Shown: in pieces, positions 1 to 9,860 of the stretch | How the letters are laid out: each line of letters starts with the position of its first letter | Position numbering within the stretch: position 1 is the first letter of the stretch | Assembly: GCA_021323865.1 (NCBI GenBank) | Contig: JAJPKF010000020.1 | Location: 257,673 to 321,672, forward strand | DNA: 64,000 nucleotides | Direction: 5' to 3' | DNA from: Pseudomonadota bacterium | Lineage (GTDB): Bacteria; Chloroflexota; UBA5177; JAJPKF01 | Program-made: the position numbers and the translations under genes | Notes under the pieces: generated by a model | Database searches by the model: none | The model's input: the letters and a program-made list of their open reading frames with translations, nothing else | Told to the model about the DNA's origin: nothing

Positions 1-165
1 ATTCACGACCGAGGGAGCCTCGAGTCGGGTCTGAATCTGTGAACGCTCAACAGGCATGCTCTGCCGTGCGCCGTCGGTGGGACTTGAGGCGGCGGCAATG
101 CGATCGGGCGTGGTGAACGGAATGAGCAGGGAAAGGAGAGCCAGCGGGAGAAGAATCCGTTTCAT
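1..165 (-). CDS. Secreted protein, N-terminal part (runs off the window edge)
   Basis: Manual translation from ATG at 165 gives MKRILLPLALLSLLIPFTTPDRIAAASSP..., open to base 1. The start looks like a signal peptide. Confidence 0.6.
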   Translation of the reverse strand, partial: MKRILLPLALLSLLIPFTTPDRIAAASSPTDGARQSMPVERSQIQTRLEAPSVVN

Positions 166-185
166 CAGGAGCCTTGGGTAGAGAT

Positions 186-201
186 TGAGATTGCAATCTC
201 A
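186..201. promoter_or_regulatory. Perfect 16-bp palindromic operator candidate (TGAGATTGCAATCTCA)
   Basis: Exact palindrome, AT-rich against a high-GC background, about 20 bp upstream of the gene at 165. Confidence 0.55.
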
Positions 202-441
202 TCCGGGCGAACCCAGTCACAATTCGACATAGCCAGGCTCGGTAAGCCCAAGCAGGCTACTGTCAAACATTTGGTGAGGACCTGAGGGGTGTGAGTCCGA
301 GGGCCGTCTTAGGAGAGTCGGCCTCGATTCCGCGGTCCGGAAGCGGTCGCCAGCCCGAAGAATGAAGCCGGCCGGCCCCGCGCTACGGGATCGCTAAGGC
401 TGGAAGGCCCGCACGCTGGGAGGAAGGGCGTGGCGCCGACC

Positions 442-1077
442 TCACTCGAGTACCATCCACCGCCGACCGTCGATGAGCTCACGTGCAGCGTCCGCATGGC
501 CGGCATGACAAGCGGTCTCGGCGATGACGTGGAGCATGACCTGCCGGAGGTTCTGGAAGCGCCAGCTCGACCACCGGTCTTCGGGCCACCAGGCCGGCCC
601 AGCCTCGAGGCTGGTACGGGCGATGACCTGATTTGACCGCTCGACCTCCAATCGGTATCGCGCGATTACCTCTTGAGGCGCGACGGATTCCGGCACTCGC
701 CACGCCGCTTCGCCTGCGGTGTCCGGAGACCCCGGAACCTCCTCAGATTCTCCCGCCATGATGACGCCGAACCAGAATCGCTCAACGTCGAGCGCAAGGT
801 GTCGAAGCAGGCCGACGCAGGTCCATGCCGAAGGCAGGACAGGCCGTCGGAGGTCGACGTCTGAAAGGCCTTCCAGGATTCCCAGCACGTGATCTCGTTG
901 ACTGGTCAGGGCTCGAAGGAGTAACTCTCGCTCGCCGGACGCCGATGACTCAGTCAACGTGTTCCCCGTCTCGTCCCAGGATGCAGCTCGTTTCGACGAG
1001 TGATCGGTCCACACGCTATGTGTATCAGAAGATGCCGCGACATCGGCCAACCCGAGGCCGCCGTCACTCGTGCGCAA
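442..1077 (-). CDS. DinB/DUF664 family protein (true start probably downstream of 1077)
   Basis: Motifs GLLRHLALDVERFWF and LHVIAETACHAGHADAARELIDG. Confidence 0.85.
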   Translation of the reverse strand: MRTSDGGLGLADVAASSDTHSVWTDHSSKRAASWDETGNTLTESSASGERELLLRALTSQRDHVLGILEGLSDVDLRRPVLPSAWTCVGLLRHLALDVERFWFGVIMAGESEEVPGSPDTAGEAAWRVPESVAPQEVIARYRLEVERSNQVIARTSLEAGPAWWPEDRWSSWRFQNLRQVMLHVIAETACHAGHADAARELIDGRRWMVLE

Positions 1078-1162
1078 CGGAATCGCGTAGGCACCCGCCG
1101 ATAGCCACGTGAAACCTCCCCGCTGCCGCAGACTGGAGTAATCGAAATCCTGGAGGCGACCG

Positions 1163-1801
1163 ATGAACCAGCCCTATCCCGTGTCTTTCGCAGTCGATTA
1201 TCCGGCCAGACCCCTTGACCGTATGTCCACATTGCTTCGCTTCTTCTACGCTATTCCGATCTTCATCATCCTCGCCACGCTTTCCCACAGCGAGTGGCAG
1301 GGCGCCAGCAGCGCTCATGGGTTCCACGCCTCGGCCAGCTCACTCGAATTCGGGGGATTGTTGACGCTCGCTCCGGCGCTCATGATCATCTTCCGGCAGA
1401 AGTATCCACGCTGGTGGTTTGACTGGAACGTTCAGCTTCTGGCCTTCAGCAGTCGGGTCTTCGCCTACTTCTCGCTCATGAGCGATCAGTACCCCTCGAC
1501 CGACGAGGAGCAGTACGTCCATCTGAACGTCGTCTACCCGGATGCGGCCGCCGACCTCAATCGCTTTCTACCCATCGTCAAGTGGCTCCTGGCCACTCCG
1601 CACTACATCGTGCTCATTTTCCTGAATCTGGGCGCCTTCTTCGCGGTCATCTTCTCGTGGTTCGCGATCCTCTTCACCGGCACCTATCCACGCGGCATCT
1701 TCGACTATGTGGAAGGCGTGATGCGGTGGAACAACCGAGTGGTGGGTTATGCCTTCATGCTGGTCACCGATCAGTACCCCCCCTTTTCGCTCTCGACATA
1801 G
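1163..1801 (+). CDS. DUF4389 domain membrane protein
   Basis: Two internal repeats (KYPRWWFDW...DQYP and TYPRGIFDY...DQYPPF). GGAGG RBS upstream. Confidence 0.85.
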   Translation: MNQPYPVSFAVDYPARPLDRMSTLLRFFYAIPIFIILATLSHSEWQGASSAHGFHASASSLEFGGLLTLAPALMIIFRQKYPRWWFDWNVQLLAFSSRVFAYFSLMSDQYPSTDEEQYVHLNVVYPDAAADLNRFLPIVKWLLATPHYIVLIFLNLGAFFAVIFSWFAILFTGTYPRGIFDYVEGVMRWNNRVVGYAFMLVTDQYPPFSLST

Positions 1802-1934
1802 GCGATTCAAGCAGCCGGTGACTGCCGGTCGGCCAATGATCTAGACACTGAGGGCTTGACGTGGTGCAGTGGTCGGGGTGAGTATGGTCCAAATGTCCGG
1901 GTTGTCAAACCTGGACGATTGGTGAGGTGTCGGA

Positions 1935-3917
1935 GTGGCCAGGATGCTATCGCAGACGGAGAAGAGTCGAATGCTCCCGCGGATGATCGGCTCAGTTGCC
2001 ATTCTGATGGCTTCCCTCGGTCTCACCGCCGTGGCGGGACCGACGGCGGCAGCTGCGCGTACGTATGACGGTCCTCGAACGAGTCATCCCGTATTCCTCC
2101 GGCCCCCGGTTTACCACCGCGGGCGGCGGGACGGTTGCCCCTCGACGGGGTGTCCCCCGGCAGATGCCCATCTGAGCTACGGCGGCGGCCCGGTGATGCA
2201 TGCGGTCACGGTGTACACGATCTTTTGGCTGGCGCCCGGCTATCACTTCGAAGCCGCCTATGACGGCACGCCTGGCTCAACCGTGGCCGACCGGCGCTTT
2301 GAGAGCCTGATCAACCGCTTCGTCACTGACGTGGGAAGCACGCCCTTCTACAACACCCTGACGCAGTACTCGGATCAGACCGGTCCGGTGCGCAACGCCG
2401 TCACTTTCGGAGGGTCGTTCGTCGACATCGGGAAGCTCAACCAGTTCAAAAAGGGAGATCTGGGCACCGCCGCGCAGCCACTCATGGACTCGGACATTCA
2501 GGCCGTCATCAAGAGGGCGGCGAAGGATGAATCCTGGCCGTTGGGCAGTCCCAACGTTCAGTACTTGGTGTTCACGCCTGCGACGGTGCAGAGCTGTTAT
2601 TCGTCGATGAGCTGCGACGCCGAGATCGATACCGGGTCCGGCGCATACTGTGCTTACCACTCCAGCTTCGCCGTCGCCGCGGGGACGGTCCTGTACTCCA
2701 ACATGTTCGACGCCGGCTATTCGACAGCGTGCGGAGGGCCCAACTGGCAGGTCGGCGGAATGTCCGTGGGACCGTACGACGGCTACGGCCCAAACGGCGA
2801 CGCCGTCGCGGACTACGAAATCAATCCCGCTTCGCACGAGATGGCGGAGACGGTGACCGATCCATCGGGCTCGACCGGTTGGTACGACACCGGGAACACC
2901 AATGAGATCGGCGACACCTGCGCCTATAACTTTGCCACACTGAATCCGGATCACGGGGATGTCGTCCTTCACGGTGATCCCTACCTGATTCAACAGGAAT
3001 GGAGTAACGCGACCGATGTCTGCACGGTCGCCTTCCACCGCCCGACCAAGCTGCCCGTCAATTCCACTGCCGACTCGGTGCCATCGCTGGGGATCACGCC
3101 GCTCTGCTCCAACACCCCGGGCGGAGACGTCGCCAATCCTTCCTACAGCCTGCGTTGTGCCATCGCCGACGCGGACAACGACGCGCTCGCCGGAACCTTC
3201 CACCACGTCATCACTTTTAAGAAGTGCTCCTCGTGTTCCATCAAGCTGCAGAGCCCCCTGCCCGCGATTCAAGCGACCGGCCTCGCCATCTCCGGTGGCG
3301 GGAAGACAATCATCCTTGGGCGGCACGCGATCCCTCGTGGCCTGGTGATCAATGGGAATGGGGTCGTCGTGACGGGCCTGACGGTCAAGAACTTTACCGC
3401 CGATGGGATCGACGTCAGCGAATCGACGTCCGTGCGGATCGGCGGCAGCAAGGCCGACACGCTCACGAGTAACGGCGGCTTCGGCATCACCGTCGGCAGC
3501 TCCGCCACGGACAGTTCCACGGTGATCGTGAGCGGGAACCGCATCTATAAGAACGCCAGAGGTGGGATCAACCTCGCCGGACAGGCACCCGGCAGCTGCA
3601 CCGCCGGCCTCAAGCCGGGCGCTCCAAACGCCTATCTTCCCTGCCCCGTTATTCAGACGGCGATACCGGGACATGTGGCAGGCACGGCGTCCTGCAACGA
3701 CCACTGCGTCGTGCAGCTCTTCCTCGTTCCCAAGCAACCGGACGGCACGAATCACGGCCAGGCCAAGGCTTTCATCGGTCGATCCGGAGTGGTCGGGAAC
3801 AAGTGGTCCATCGTCCCGACTGTGGGTCTGACCAATGGTGAGCGAGTGACGGCGACGGTCACGGATCCTGGACGCGGCTACACTTCGGAGTTTTCCGCTA
3901 ACGGCAAGGTGACCTAG
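1935..3917 (+). CDS. Secreted protein with a Phi-1/EXORDIUM-like N-terminal domain and a CSLREA-like/beta-helix C-terminal region
   Basis: Signal peptide; motifs LSYGGGPVM, YCAYHSSF, SHEMAETVTDP, EIGDTC, YLIQQEWSN; later VNSTAD...SLRCAI, beta-helix-like repeats and a terminal TATVTD..TSEFS. Confidence 0.7.
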   Translation: MARMLSQTEKSRMLPRMIGSVAILMASLGLTAVAGPTAAAARTYDGPRTSHPVFLRPPVYHRGRRDGCPSTGCPPADAHLSYGGGPVMHAVTVYTIFWLAPGYHFEAAYDGTPGSTVADRRFESLINRFVTDVGSTPFYNTLTQYSDQTGPVRNAVTFGGSFVDIGKLNQFKKGDLGTAAQPLMDSDIQAVIKRAAKDESWPLGSPNVQYLVFTPATVQSCYSSMSCDAEIDTGSGAYCAYHSSFAVAAGTVLYSNMFDAGYSTACGGPNWQVGGMSVGPYDGYGPNGDAVADYEINPASHEMAETVTDPSGSTGWYDTGNTNEIGDTCAYNFATLNPDHGDVVLHGDPYLIQQEWSNATDVCTVAFHRPTKLPVNSTADSVPSLGITPLCSNTPGGDVANPSYSLRCAIADADNDALAGTFHHVITFKKCSSCSIKLQSPLPAIQATGLAISGGGKTIILGRHAIPRGLVINGNGVVVTGLTVKNFTADGIDVSESTSVRIGGSKADTLTSNGGFGITVGSSATDSSTVIVSGNRIYKNARGGINLAGQAPGSCTAGLKPGAPNAYLPCPVIQTAIPGHVAGTASCNDHCVVQLFLVPKQPDGTNHGQAKAFIGRSGVVGNKWSIVPTVGLTNGERVTATVTDPGRGYTSEFSANGKVT

Positions 3918-4127
3918 AAGTCCCGCCGCAGCTGGGTGGCGGATATCCCCTGGTTGCTACAATGCGTGACAGAACACCGACGGGAGCGTTCCCATGGCAA
4001 CTGGCTTCCTGCAGGCCCCCGTTCCGGCGGTACTCGCCTAAGACCCAGATGATGCCCGCGCCTTCCTAGAAGGCGGTCTCGCGCCTTGAGGCGCTGAGCG
4101 GCGGATTCGGCTTGATCGGTCACCTGG

Positions 4128-5957
4128 GTGGTGACCTGGCACATTGCAGAGCCCATCGCCGGCCGGCCTGCAGCACCTTCGTTTCGGCTACCCAGAATTC
4201 GTGCTGCAACAAGGAGCCGACCGTTGCCAAAGCTTGCCCGTTCTTTGCTCTTCTCGTACCTCCGTCCGGAGTGGCGGCGCACTGCCGTGCTGGGCGTCTT
4301 GCTGCTCGCCGGCATTGGCCTCCAGCTGGCCAATCCCCAAATCGTCAAGGTTTTCATCGACCGAGCCGTTGCCGGTGCGTCGCCGGCTCAGCTGGCCACG
4401 ACCGCCGTGCTGTTCCTCGTGGTTGCGGTCCTCGCTCAAGTCGCCACGGTCGCCGAGACCTACCTCGCCGAGGATCTCGGGTGGCGCACGACCAACGCCC
4501 TCCGTGCCGACCTAACCCGCCACGTGCTTTCACTCGACGGCTCGTTTCACGCCGAGCACAGCTCCGGGGAGCTGATCGAACGGATCGACGGCGACGTGTC
4601 GGCCATCGCCGACTTCTTCGCCCGCTTTGTCGTTCAGATTCTGGGTAGCGGCCTCTTTCTGGTCGGCGTGCTCGTCCTCCTCTACGCTGCCGATTGGCGT
4701 GTCGGGGCTGTCTTGACCGTCTGCAGCCTCGTTGGAGTCGGCTTCATGATTCGTGGTGGAGGCTTCGTGGCCGGGCGAGCGGGCGCGGCTCGGCAGGCGG
4801 CGGCAGCGCTCACCGGCTATCTGGAGGAGTCCTTGGGAGCGCTGCCGGACCTGAAGGCCAATGGCGCGGATGCGTACGCGATGCGCCGTATGAACGAACG
4901 CCTCGCAACCCGATTTCATCGCGCCTGGCGGGCCGCCCAGGGCGGATCACTCTTCAACGGCGTTATCGGCGTGATCTTCGCGGCCGGTACTGGAGCCGCC
5001 CTGGCGTTGAGCATCGGCCTCCACGCCGCCGGCGCCATGACCATCGGGACCGTATTCCTGGTGTTCCGCTACGCCGGCATGCTCCAGGTGCCATTGGGTC
5101 GTCTCACGTATCAGATGAACAGGCTTCAGCAGGCGCTCGGCGGCGTGGTGCGGGTGCGAGGCCTCCTGGACACCAAGCCTCGTGTGCCTGATGGCAGTGG
5201 TGTCTCGCTGCCTGCCGGACGGCCGACCCTCCAGCTGGAGCATGTGTCCTTCAGCTACGGCGAACTGCCGGTTCTCGACGATGTCTCCTTCCGATTGGAG
5301 GCGGGTGAGGTGCTGGGCCTGCTGGGGCGTACCGGCTCAGGGAAGACGACGATCTCGCGGCTGCTCTTCCGGCTGCATGATCCGACCAGAGGCAAGATCC
5401 GGCTCAACGGCATCGACATCCGCAACGCCACGCTCGACGATCTCCGTGCCCGAATCGGACTCGTCACCCAGGATGTGCAGCTGCTGCAAGGCACCCTGCG
5501 TGACAACGTGACCATGTTTGACGGCACTCTGCCCGATCGGACGCTTCGAGACGCGTTCCGAGCGCTGGGTCTTCGCGAGTGGCTTGCTGGTCTGCCGGCA
5601 GGGCTCGACACTCTACTGGGAACCGGCGGCCGCGGTGTATCCGCCGGCGAGGCTCAGCTCATCGCGCTGGCGCGTCTGTTTCTGAAGGACCCAGGTCTGG
5701 TGGTGCTCGATGAGGCGTCGTCACGCCTGGATCCATACACCCAGGCGCTCCTCGAGGAGGGCATGTCGCGGCTCCTGTTGGGCCGCACAGCGATCGTGAT
5801 CGCGCACCGGCTGGAGACTGTGCAGCGGGCCGATACGATTTTGATTCTCGAAGCAGGTTGTATCACCGAGCTAGGCCCCCGCCGGCAGCTCGGCGCTGAT
5901 CCTCTGTCTCACTACTCCCGGCTGCTTCGGGCGGGCATGGCCGAGGCGCTGGCATGA
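4128..5957 (+). CDS. ABC exporter, fused TMD and NBD (subunit 1; start uncertain)
   Basis: Hydrophobic N-terminal half, Walker A GRTGSGKT, signature VSAGEAQ, Walker B VVLDEA, IAHR. Confidence 0.9.
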   Translation: MVTWHIAEPIAGRPAAPSFRLPRIRAATRSRPLPKLARSLLFSYLRPEWRRTAVLGVLLLAGIGLQLANPQIVKVFIDRAVAGASPAQLATTAVLFLVVAVLAQVATVAETYLAEDLGWRTTNALRADLTRHVLSLDGSFHAEHSSGELIERIDGDVSAIADFFARFVVQILGSGLFLVGVLVLLYAADWRVGAVLTVCSLVGVGFMIRGGGFVAGRAGAARQAAAALTGYLEESLGALPDLKANGADAYAMRRMNERLATRFHRAWRAAQGGSLFNGVIGVIFAAGTGAALALSIGLHAAGAMTIGTVFLVFRYAGMLQVPLGRLTYQMNRLQQALGGVVRVRGLLDTKPRVPDGSGVSLPAGRPTLQLEHVSFSYGELPVLDDVSFRLEAGEVLGLLGRTGSGKTTISRLLFRLHDPTRGKIRLNGIDIRNATLDDLRARIGLVTQDVQLLQGTLRDNVTMFDGTLPDRTLRDAFRALGLREWLAGLPAGLDTLLGTGGRGVSAGEAQLIALARLFLKDPGLVVLDEASSRLDPYTQALLEEGMSRLLLGRTAIVIAHRLETVQRADTILILEAGCITELGPRRQLGADPLSHYSRLLRAGMAEALA

Positions 5958-7786
5958 GCGAACTACTGCAAACCGGTGCTGTTGCGACTCAGGGTCCGAG
6001 ATCGGGGAGACTGGGCGGAGCCGCTCCCCCTTCGCTGCCTGAACCGCGGCGGGACATGCCGGCCGCAGGCTCCCTGAGGATCCTCCTCCGACTCCTCCGG
6101 TTCAGTGGCCACTATACAGTCCTTTGTCTCGGCTACGCGGTTGCCAGCTTTTTGATTGGGCCCCTGCTGCTGGGATTCGCCACGCAGGCGTTCTTTGACG
6201 GTCTGGCCGGCAAGCATGCCTCCCTGAGCACCTGGGGAGCCATTGCGGTCCTGGTGGCGGTGCAGGTGGCGGACGCGATGTCAGGCGTCATCTTTCGCAG
6301 TCCCTGGAGTTCCATGCAGCAGAAGGCTCAGGCGCTCCTGCGGTGGAATCTGTTTGCCGGCGTCCTGCGAGGATATGGGAGGCACGGCCTCTCCCATCCC
6401 GCGGGCGAGATCGTGACCCGCTTCCGTGATGATCCGGAGCTGAGCGCCGACACCCTTGACGCTTTCTGCGATCTCGTGGGTCGAACCTTGTTCGCAGCCG
6501 TGGCGTTCATCGTGATGTGGCGGATCAGCCCGCAAGTCACGGCGGTCCTTTTTGTGCCTTTGGTGCTGTGCTCGTTCATCACAAGGGCGCTCGGACGGCG
6601 GATCAGGGCGTATCGGGCCGCATCTCGTGTGGCCACGGGCCGGATGACCGAGTTTCTCGCCGAGCTGGTGGCGGCCCAGCTGGCTGTGAAAGTGGCGGGA
6701 GCCACAGGCCGGGTCGTCAACCGGTTGGAGGAGCTGGGTGAGGTCAGGCGGAGAGCGGAAGTTCGCGACACTGTGTTCGGGGCCATTCTGGATGCATTCG
6801 ACCTCAATCTCGGCAATGTCGGCGCCGGCATCGTCCTGCTCCTGGGTGCGCAGGGGTTACGGTCCGGCACCTTCACGGTCGGAGATCTCGGTCTGTTCGT
6901 CGTCTACCTGGATGCACTGACGTGGTTTCCGGACGAGATCAGCCGCCTCATCGGAGGGCTACAGCAGATGGAGGTATCTCTGGAGCGCATGCACGCTGTG
7001 GCTCCCGGCGAAGCCAAGGCTACCTTCGCGGCTCCTGGAGCCCTCTCGCTGCATGGCGCTTCGTACGCGGCAGGCTGCAAAGAGGATGGAGAGCCCCCGT
7101 CCTTCTCGCTCAGCGATACTCTGCAGAGACTCGAGGTCTTGGGCTTGACCTACGCCCATCCCGGCGAGGCGCCCGCGGTCGAACATGTCTCGTTCACCCT
7201 GGAGGCCGGCACCCTCACCGCCATTACCGGAAAGATCGGCGCCGGGAAGACCACCGTCCTTGAGATCCTCCTGGGCCTGCGCCGGCGCGACGCGGGCGAG
7301 ATCCGCTGGAACGGGCGGCCCGTTGAGGACCCGGCCACGTTCTTCGTGCCTCCTCGAGCTGCGTTCGTCCCTCAGGTGCCCAGGCTATTCAGCTGGACAA
7401 TTCGGGAGAACATTGTGCTGGGTCGGCCTGCCGACGATGGAGCCCTGAGCCAGGCGATCGAAACGGCGGTACTCGAACGTGAGGTCGACGACTTCCCCCG
7501 GGGACTCGACACGCTCGTCGGGCCTCGGGGGCTGCGGCTCTCGGGTGGTCAGATGCATCGCGTGGCCGCGGCTCGCGCCCTCCTCCCTGACCCCGAGCTC
7601 CTGGTCTTCGACGATGTATCGTCGGCCCTCGACGCCGAGACGGAGCGGGAACTTTGGCGCCGTCTCTTCCAGCGGCGTGGCTCGGCGACATACCTGGTGG
7701 TCACGCATCGCCCGGCCGTCCTGAGCCGAGCCGATCAAGTCCTGGTCATGGAGCGAGGGCGGCTCGTCGCAGGTTCTGAAGGTTGA
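5954..7786 (+). CDS. ABC exporter, fused TMD and NBD (subunit 2)
   Basis: ATGA overlap with the previous gene; GKIGAGKT, LSGGQ, Walker B LVFDD, VTHR. Confidence 0.9.
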   Translation: MSELLQTGAVATQGPRSGRLGGAAPPSLPEPRRDMPAAGSLRILLRLLRFSGHYTVLCLGYAVASFLIGPLLLGFATQAFFDGLAGKHASLSTWGAIAVLVAVQVADAMSGVIFRSPWSSMQQKAQALLRWNLFAGVLRGYGRHGLSHPAGEIVTRFRDDPELSADTLDAFCDLVGRTLFAAVAFIVMWRISPQVTAVLFVPLVLCSFITRALGRRIRAYRAASRVATGRMTEFLAELVAAQLAVKVAGATGRVVNRLEELGEVRRRAEVRDTVFGAILDAFDLNLGNVGAGIVLLLGAQGLRSGTFTVGDLGLFVVYLDALTWFPDEISRLIGGLQQMEVSLERMHAVAPGEAKATFAAPGALSLHGASYAAGCKEDGEPPSFSLSDTLQRLEVLGLTYAHPGEAPAVEHVSFTLEAGTLTAITGKIGAGKTTVLEILLGLRRRDAGEIRWNGRPVEDPATFFVPPRAAFVPQVPRLFSWTIRENIVLGRPADDGALSQAIETAVLEREVDDFPRGLDTLVGPRGLRLSGGQMHRVAAARALLPDPELLVFDDVSSALDAETERELWRRLFQRRGSATYLVVTHRPAVLSRADQVLVMERGRLVAGSEG

Positions 7787-7817
7787 GTGGTCAGACGCGC
7801 AGCCGGCCCAAGGCGGC

Positions 7818-8336
7818 GTGGAGAATGTCGTGATGCGCGCAGCCACAGAGCAAAGCCGGCCTCAGAGACCGGACCCAGACCTGTCGCGGCATTTGCTTCG
7901 AGCCCGCGACTTCATCGATGCACACTATGAGCATCCGCTGTCCGTAGCCGAGGTGGCCAGGGCCGCACATGTGTCAAGCGCTCACTTTGCGCGCCGATTT
8001 CGGGCCGAGTTTGGGGAGACGCCCCACCAGTACCTCAGCAGCCGGCGACTCGAACGAGCAGCATACCTGTTACGCAATACGGATTACTCGGTTGCGCATG
8101 TATGTCTGTCGGTAGGGTTCACCAGTGTTGGGTCATTTACCTCGGCCTTCGGTCGAGCGTACGGCATGACGCCGACTCGCTATCGAACCCGGCACCTGCC
8201 GGCACTCATCGCCCGGCTCATTCCGCCGTGCGTGCTCGAATTGGTCGACCGGCCCCGGCCTAAGAGGGCATCGGAGGTATCTCAAGCCCGAGACCCATTG
8301 GCGCAGCATGGCCCAACTGTGGCGACCGAAAGCTGA
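7818..8336 (+). CDS. AraC family transcriptional regulator
   Basis: Motifs RARDFIDAHY, HFARRFRAEFGETPHQY, VGFTSVGSFTSAF. Confidence 0.9.
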   Translation: MENVVMRAATEQSRPQRPDPDLSRHLLRARDFIDAHYEHPLSVAEVARAAHVSSAHFARRFRAEFGETPHQYLSSRRLERAAYLLRNTDYSVAHVCLSVGFTSVGSFTSAFGRAYGMTPTRYRTRHLPALIARLIPPCVLELVDRPRPKRASEVSQARDPLAQHGPTVATES

Positions 8337-8407
8337 GGCAGACCACCTCGATCAAATGAGTCAAGCTGGCCCGAACATGACAGATAGCGGCTGGTACATC
8401 CGGTCAT

Positions 8408-8821
8408 ATGATCGAGTACTACGGAATGGAAAGGAGCACCCAAATGCCGTCAGTCACGCACATCGGCCGCGTGTTGGTCCCCGTTAACGACCAGGATGCT
8501 GCCATCGAGTTCTATCGCGACAAGCTGGGGTTCAGTGTCACCGCCGACATTCCCTATGGGGAGGGCAGCCGTTGGGTGGAAGTCATGCCTCCCGACGGTG
8601 GGGCCGCCATTGCGCTGACTCCGCCGCAGGGTGAGTATCAACCCGGCCGCATGACCGGAATCTCGTTGCAATCATCCGATGCCCGGTCCGCCCACGCCGA
8701 TCTTCGGGCCAAGGGCGTGGACGTCGACGATCAGCTCATGGGCGGAGACGGGACGGTGCCGCCACTGTTCTTCTTCCGTGACCTGGACGGAAACCAGCTC
8801 ATGGTTGTCGGTGGCTCCTAG
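8408..8821 (+). CDS. VOC/glyoxalase family protein (start may be the later MPSV Met)
   Basis: Motifs VPVNDQDAAIEFYRDKLGF and FRDLDGN. Confidence 0.9.
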   Translation: MIEYYGMERSTQMPSVTHIGRVLVPVNDQDAAIEFYRDKLGFSVTADIPYGEGSRWVEVMPPDGGAAIALTPPQGEYQPGRMTGISLQSSDARSAHADLRAKGVDVDDQLMGGDGTVPPLFFFRDLDGNQLMVVGGS

Positions 8822-8995
8822 CACTCGAACCTTCGGCGGCTCTCCTCGGACTTCCTGGGTAGCGATGCCCTGTACTGGCTCGTGTGCGCACTCTCCAGCC
8901 ACTCGACGGCCGGAAACTGAGCAGGATAGGAGAAGACGCGGCCCGGGATCGACCGGTAGAACGAGGGGTAGTCCAATCAGCGAGAGGAGAGTCGT

Positions 8996-9412
8996 ATGAT
9001 CCTGCAGGTGAGCCACGCAACATTGTGGGTGCGCGATCAGGACGAGGCCTTGGAGTTCTTTCGGAAGCTGGACTTTGAGGTCCGCGAGGACGTGAGGAAC
9101 GGCGATTTTCGGTGGCTGTCCGTCGCGTCAAGGGAGGATCCCAACGTCGCCGTGGTTCTGGCCAAGCCCGGGTTCCCCATGGACTCTGAGACGGCCGAGT
9201 TGGTTGAGAACGCCGTTGCCAAGGGCATGCTCAGCACCATCGTGTTCTCCACCGACGACTGCTTTGGAGCGTACGAGGAGCTGAAGTCAAAGGGCATCGA
9301 GTTCACGCGTCCGGCGGACAATCGGGGCTATGGTATCGACGCCTCGTTCCGCGACCCATCAGGGAACGAATTCCGTATGCTTCAGGCGGCCGGGCAGCCG
9401 GCGGCGTCGTAG
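8996..9412 (+). CDS. VOC/glyoxalase family protein
   Basis: Motifs VRDQDEALEFF and YGIDASFRDPSGN; AGGAG RBS. Confidence 0.9.
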   Translation: MILQVSHATLWVRDQDEALEFFRKLDFEVREDVRNGDFRWLSVASREDPNVAVVLAKPGFPMDSETAELVENAVAKGMLSTIVFSTDDCFGAYEELKSKGIEFTRPADNRGYGIDASFRDPSGNEFRMLQAAGQPAAS

Positions 9413-9421
9413 CTCACAAGA

Positions 9422-9464
9422 GGCGTCGACTCGGGTGGGTCATTAACTCACCCGACTCGACGCC
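9422..9464 (+). terminator. Long GC-rich hairpin after the VOC genes
   Basis: GGCGTCGACTCGGGTGGGT...ACTCACCCGACTCGACGCC, 19-bp arms with 2 mismatches, 10 bp after the stop codon. Confidence 0.6.
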
Positions 9465-9860
9465 CGCCGCGGCGAGCCATTCGGGGCGTACATCCTCCGC
9501 TCTCGAGTCGCCCGGCTCATGGCCCAGCCGGCCACATTTGACAACCTTCATCGGCTGCTGCTAGCATCCGGGGTTGTCCTGATTGACAATTGCGGCCAGG
9601 CGAACGCCACCCGTAGTGAGGCGGATGAGGGGAGTCGTTGCGACCCAATGTGGAGGCGGTTGGCCAGCCGGGTTTGCGCATTCTTGTCATGCATGTTCGG
9701 GCCCTCGTTCTCTGCCATCGCCCCTTGAGCGTCTTGTGCCGATCTTGGGCATGAGCCGAGCCCGCCTGAGGGAGGCGGCCACTGCCGCCATGACGTCATG
9801 CGCACTTACCGCTCCGTCGTACCAATCGACCAGACATATCCTTGGAACTGGAGACGAATA

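Noticed and set aside
2277-3755. 492-aa minus-strand ORF
   Set aside because: Antisense shadow of the 1935-3917 gene, typical of high-GC codon bias; no motifs.
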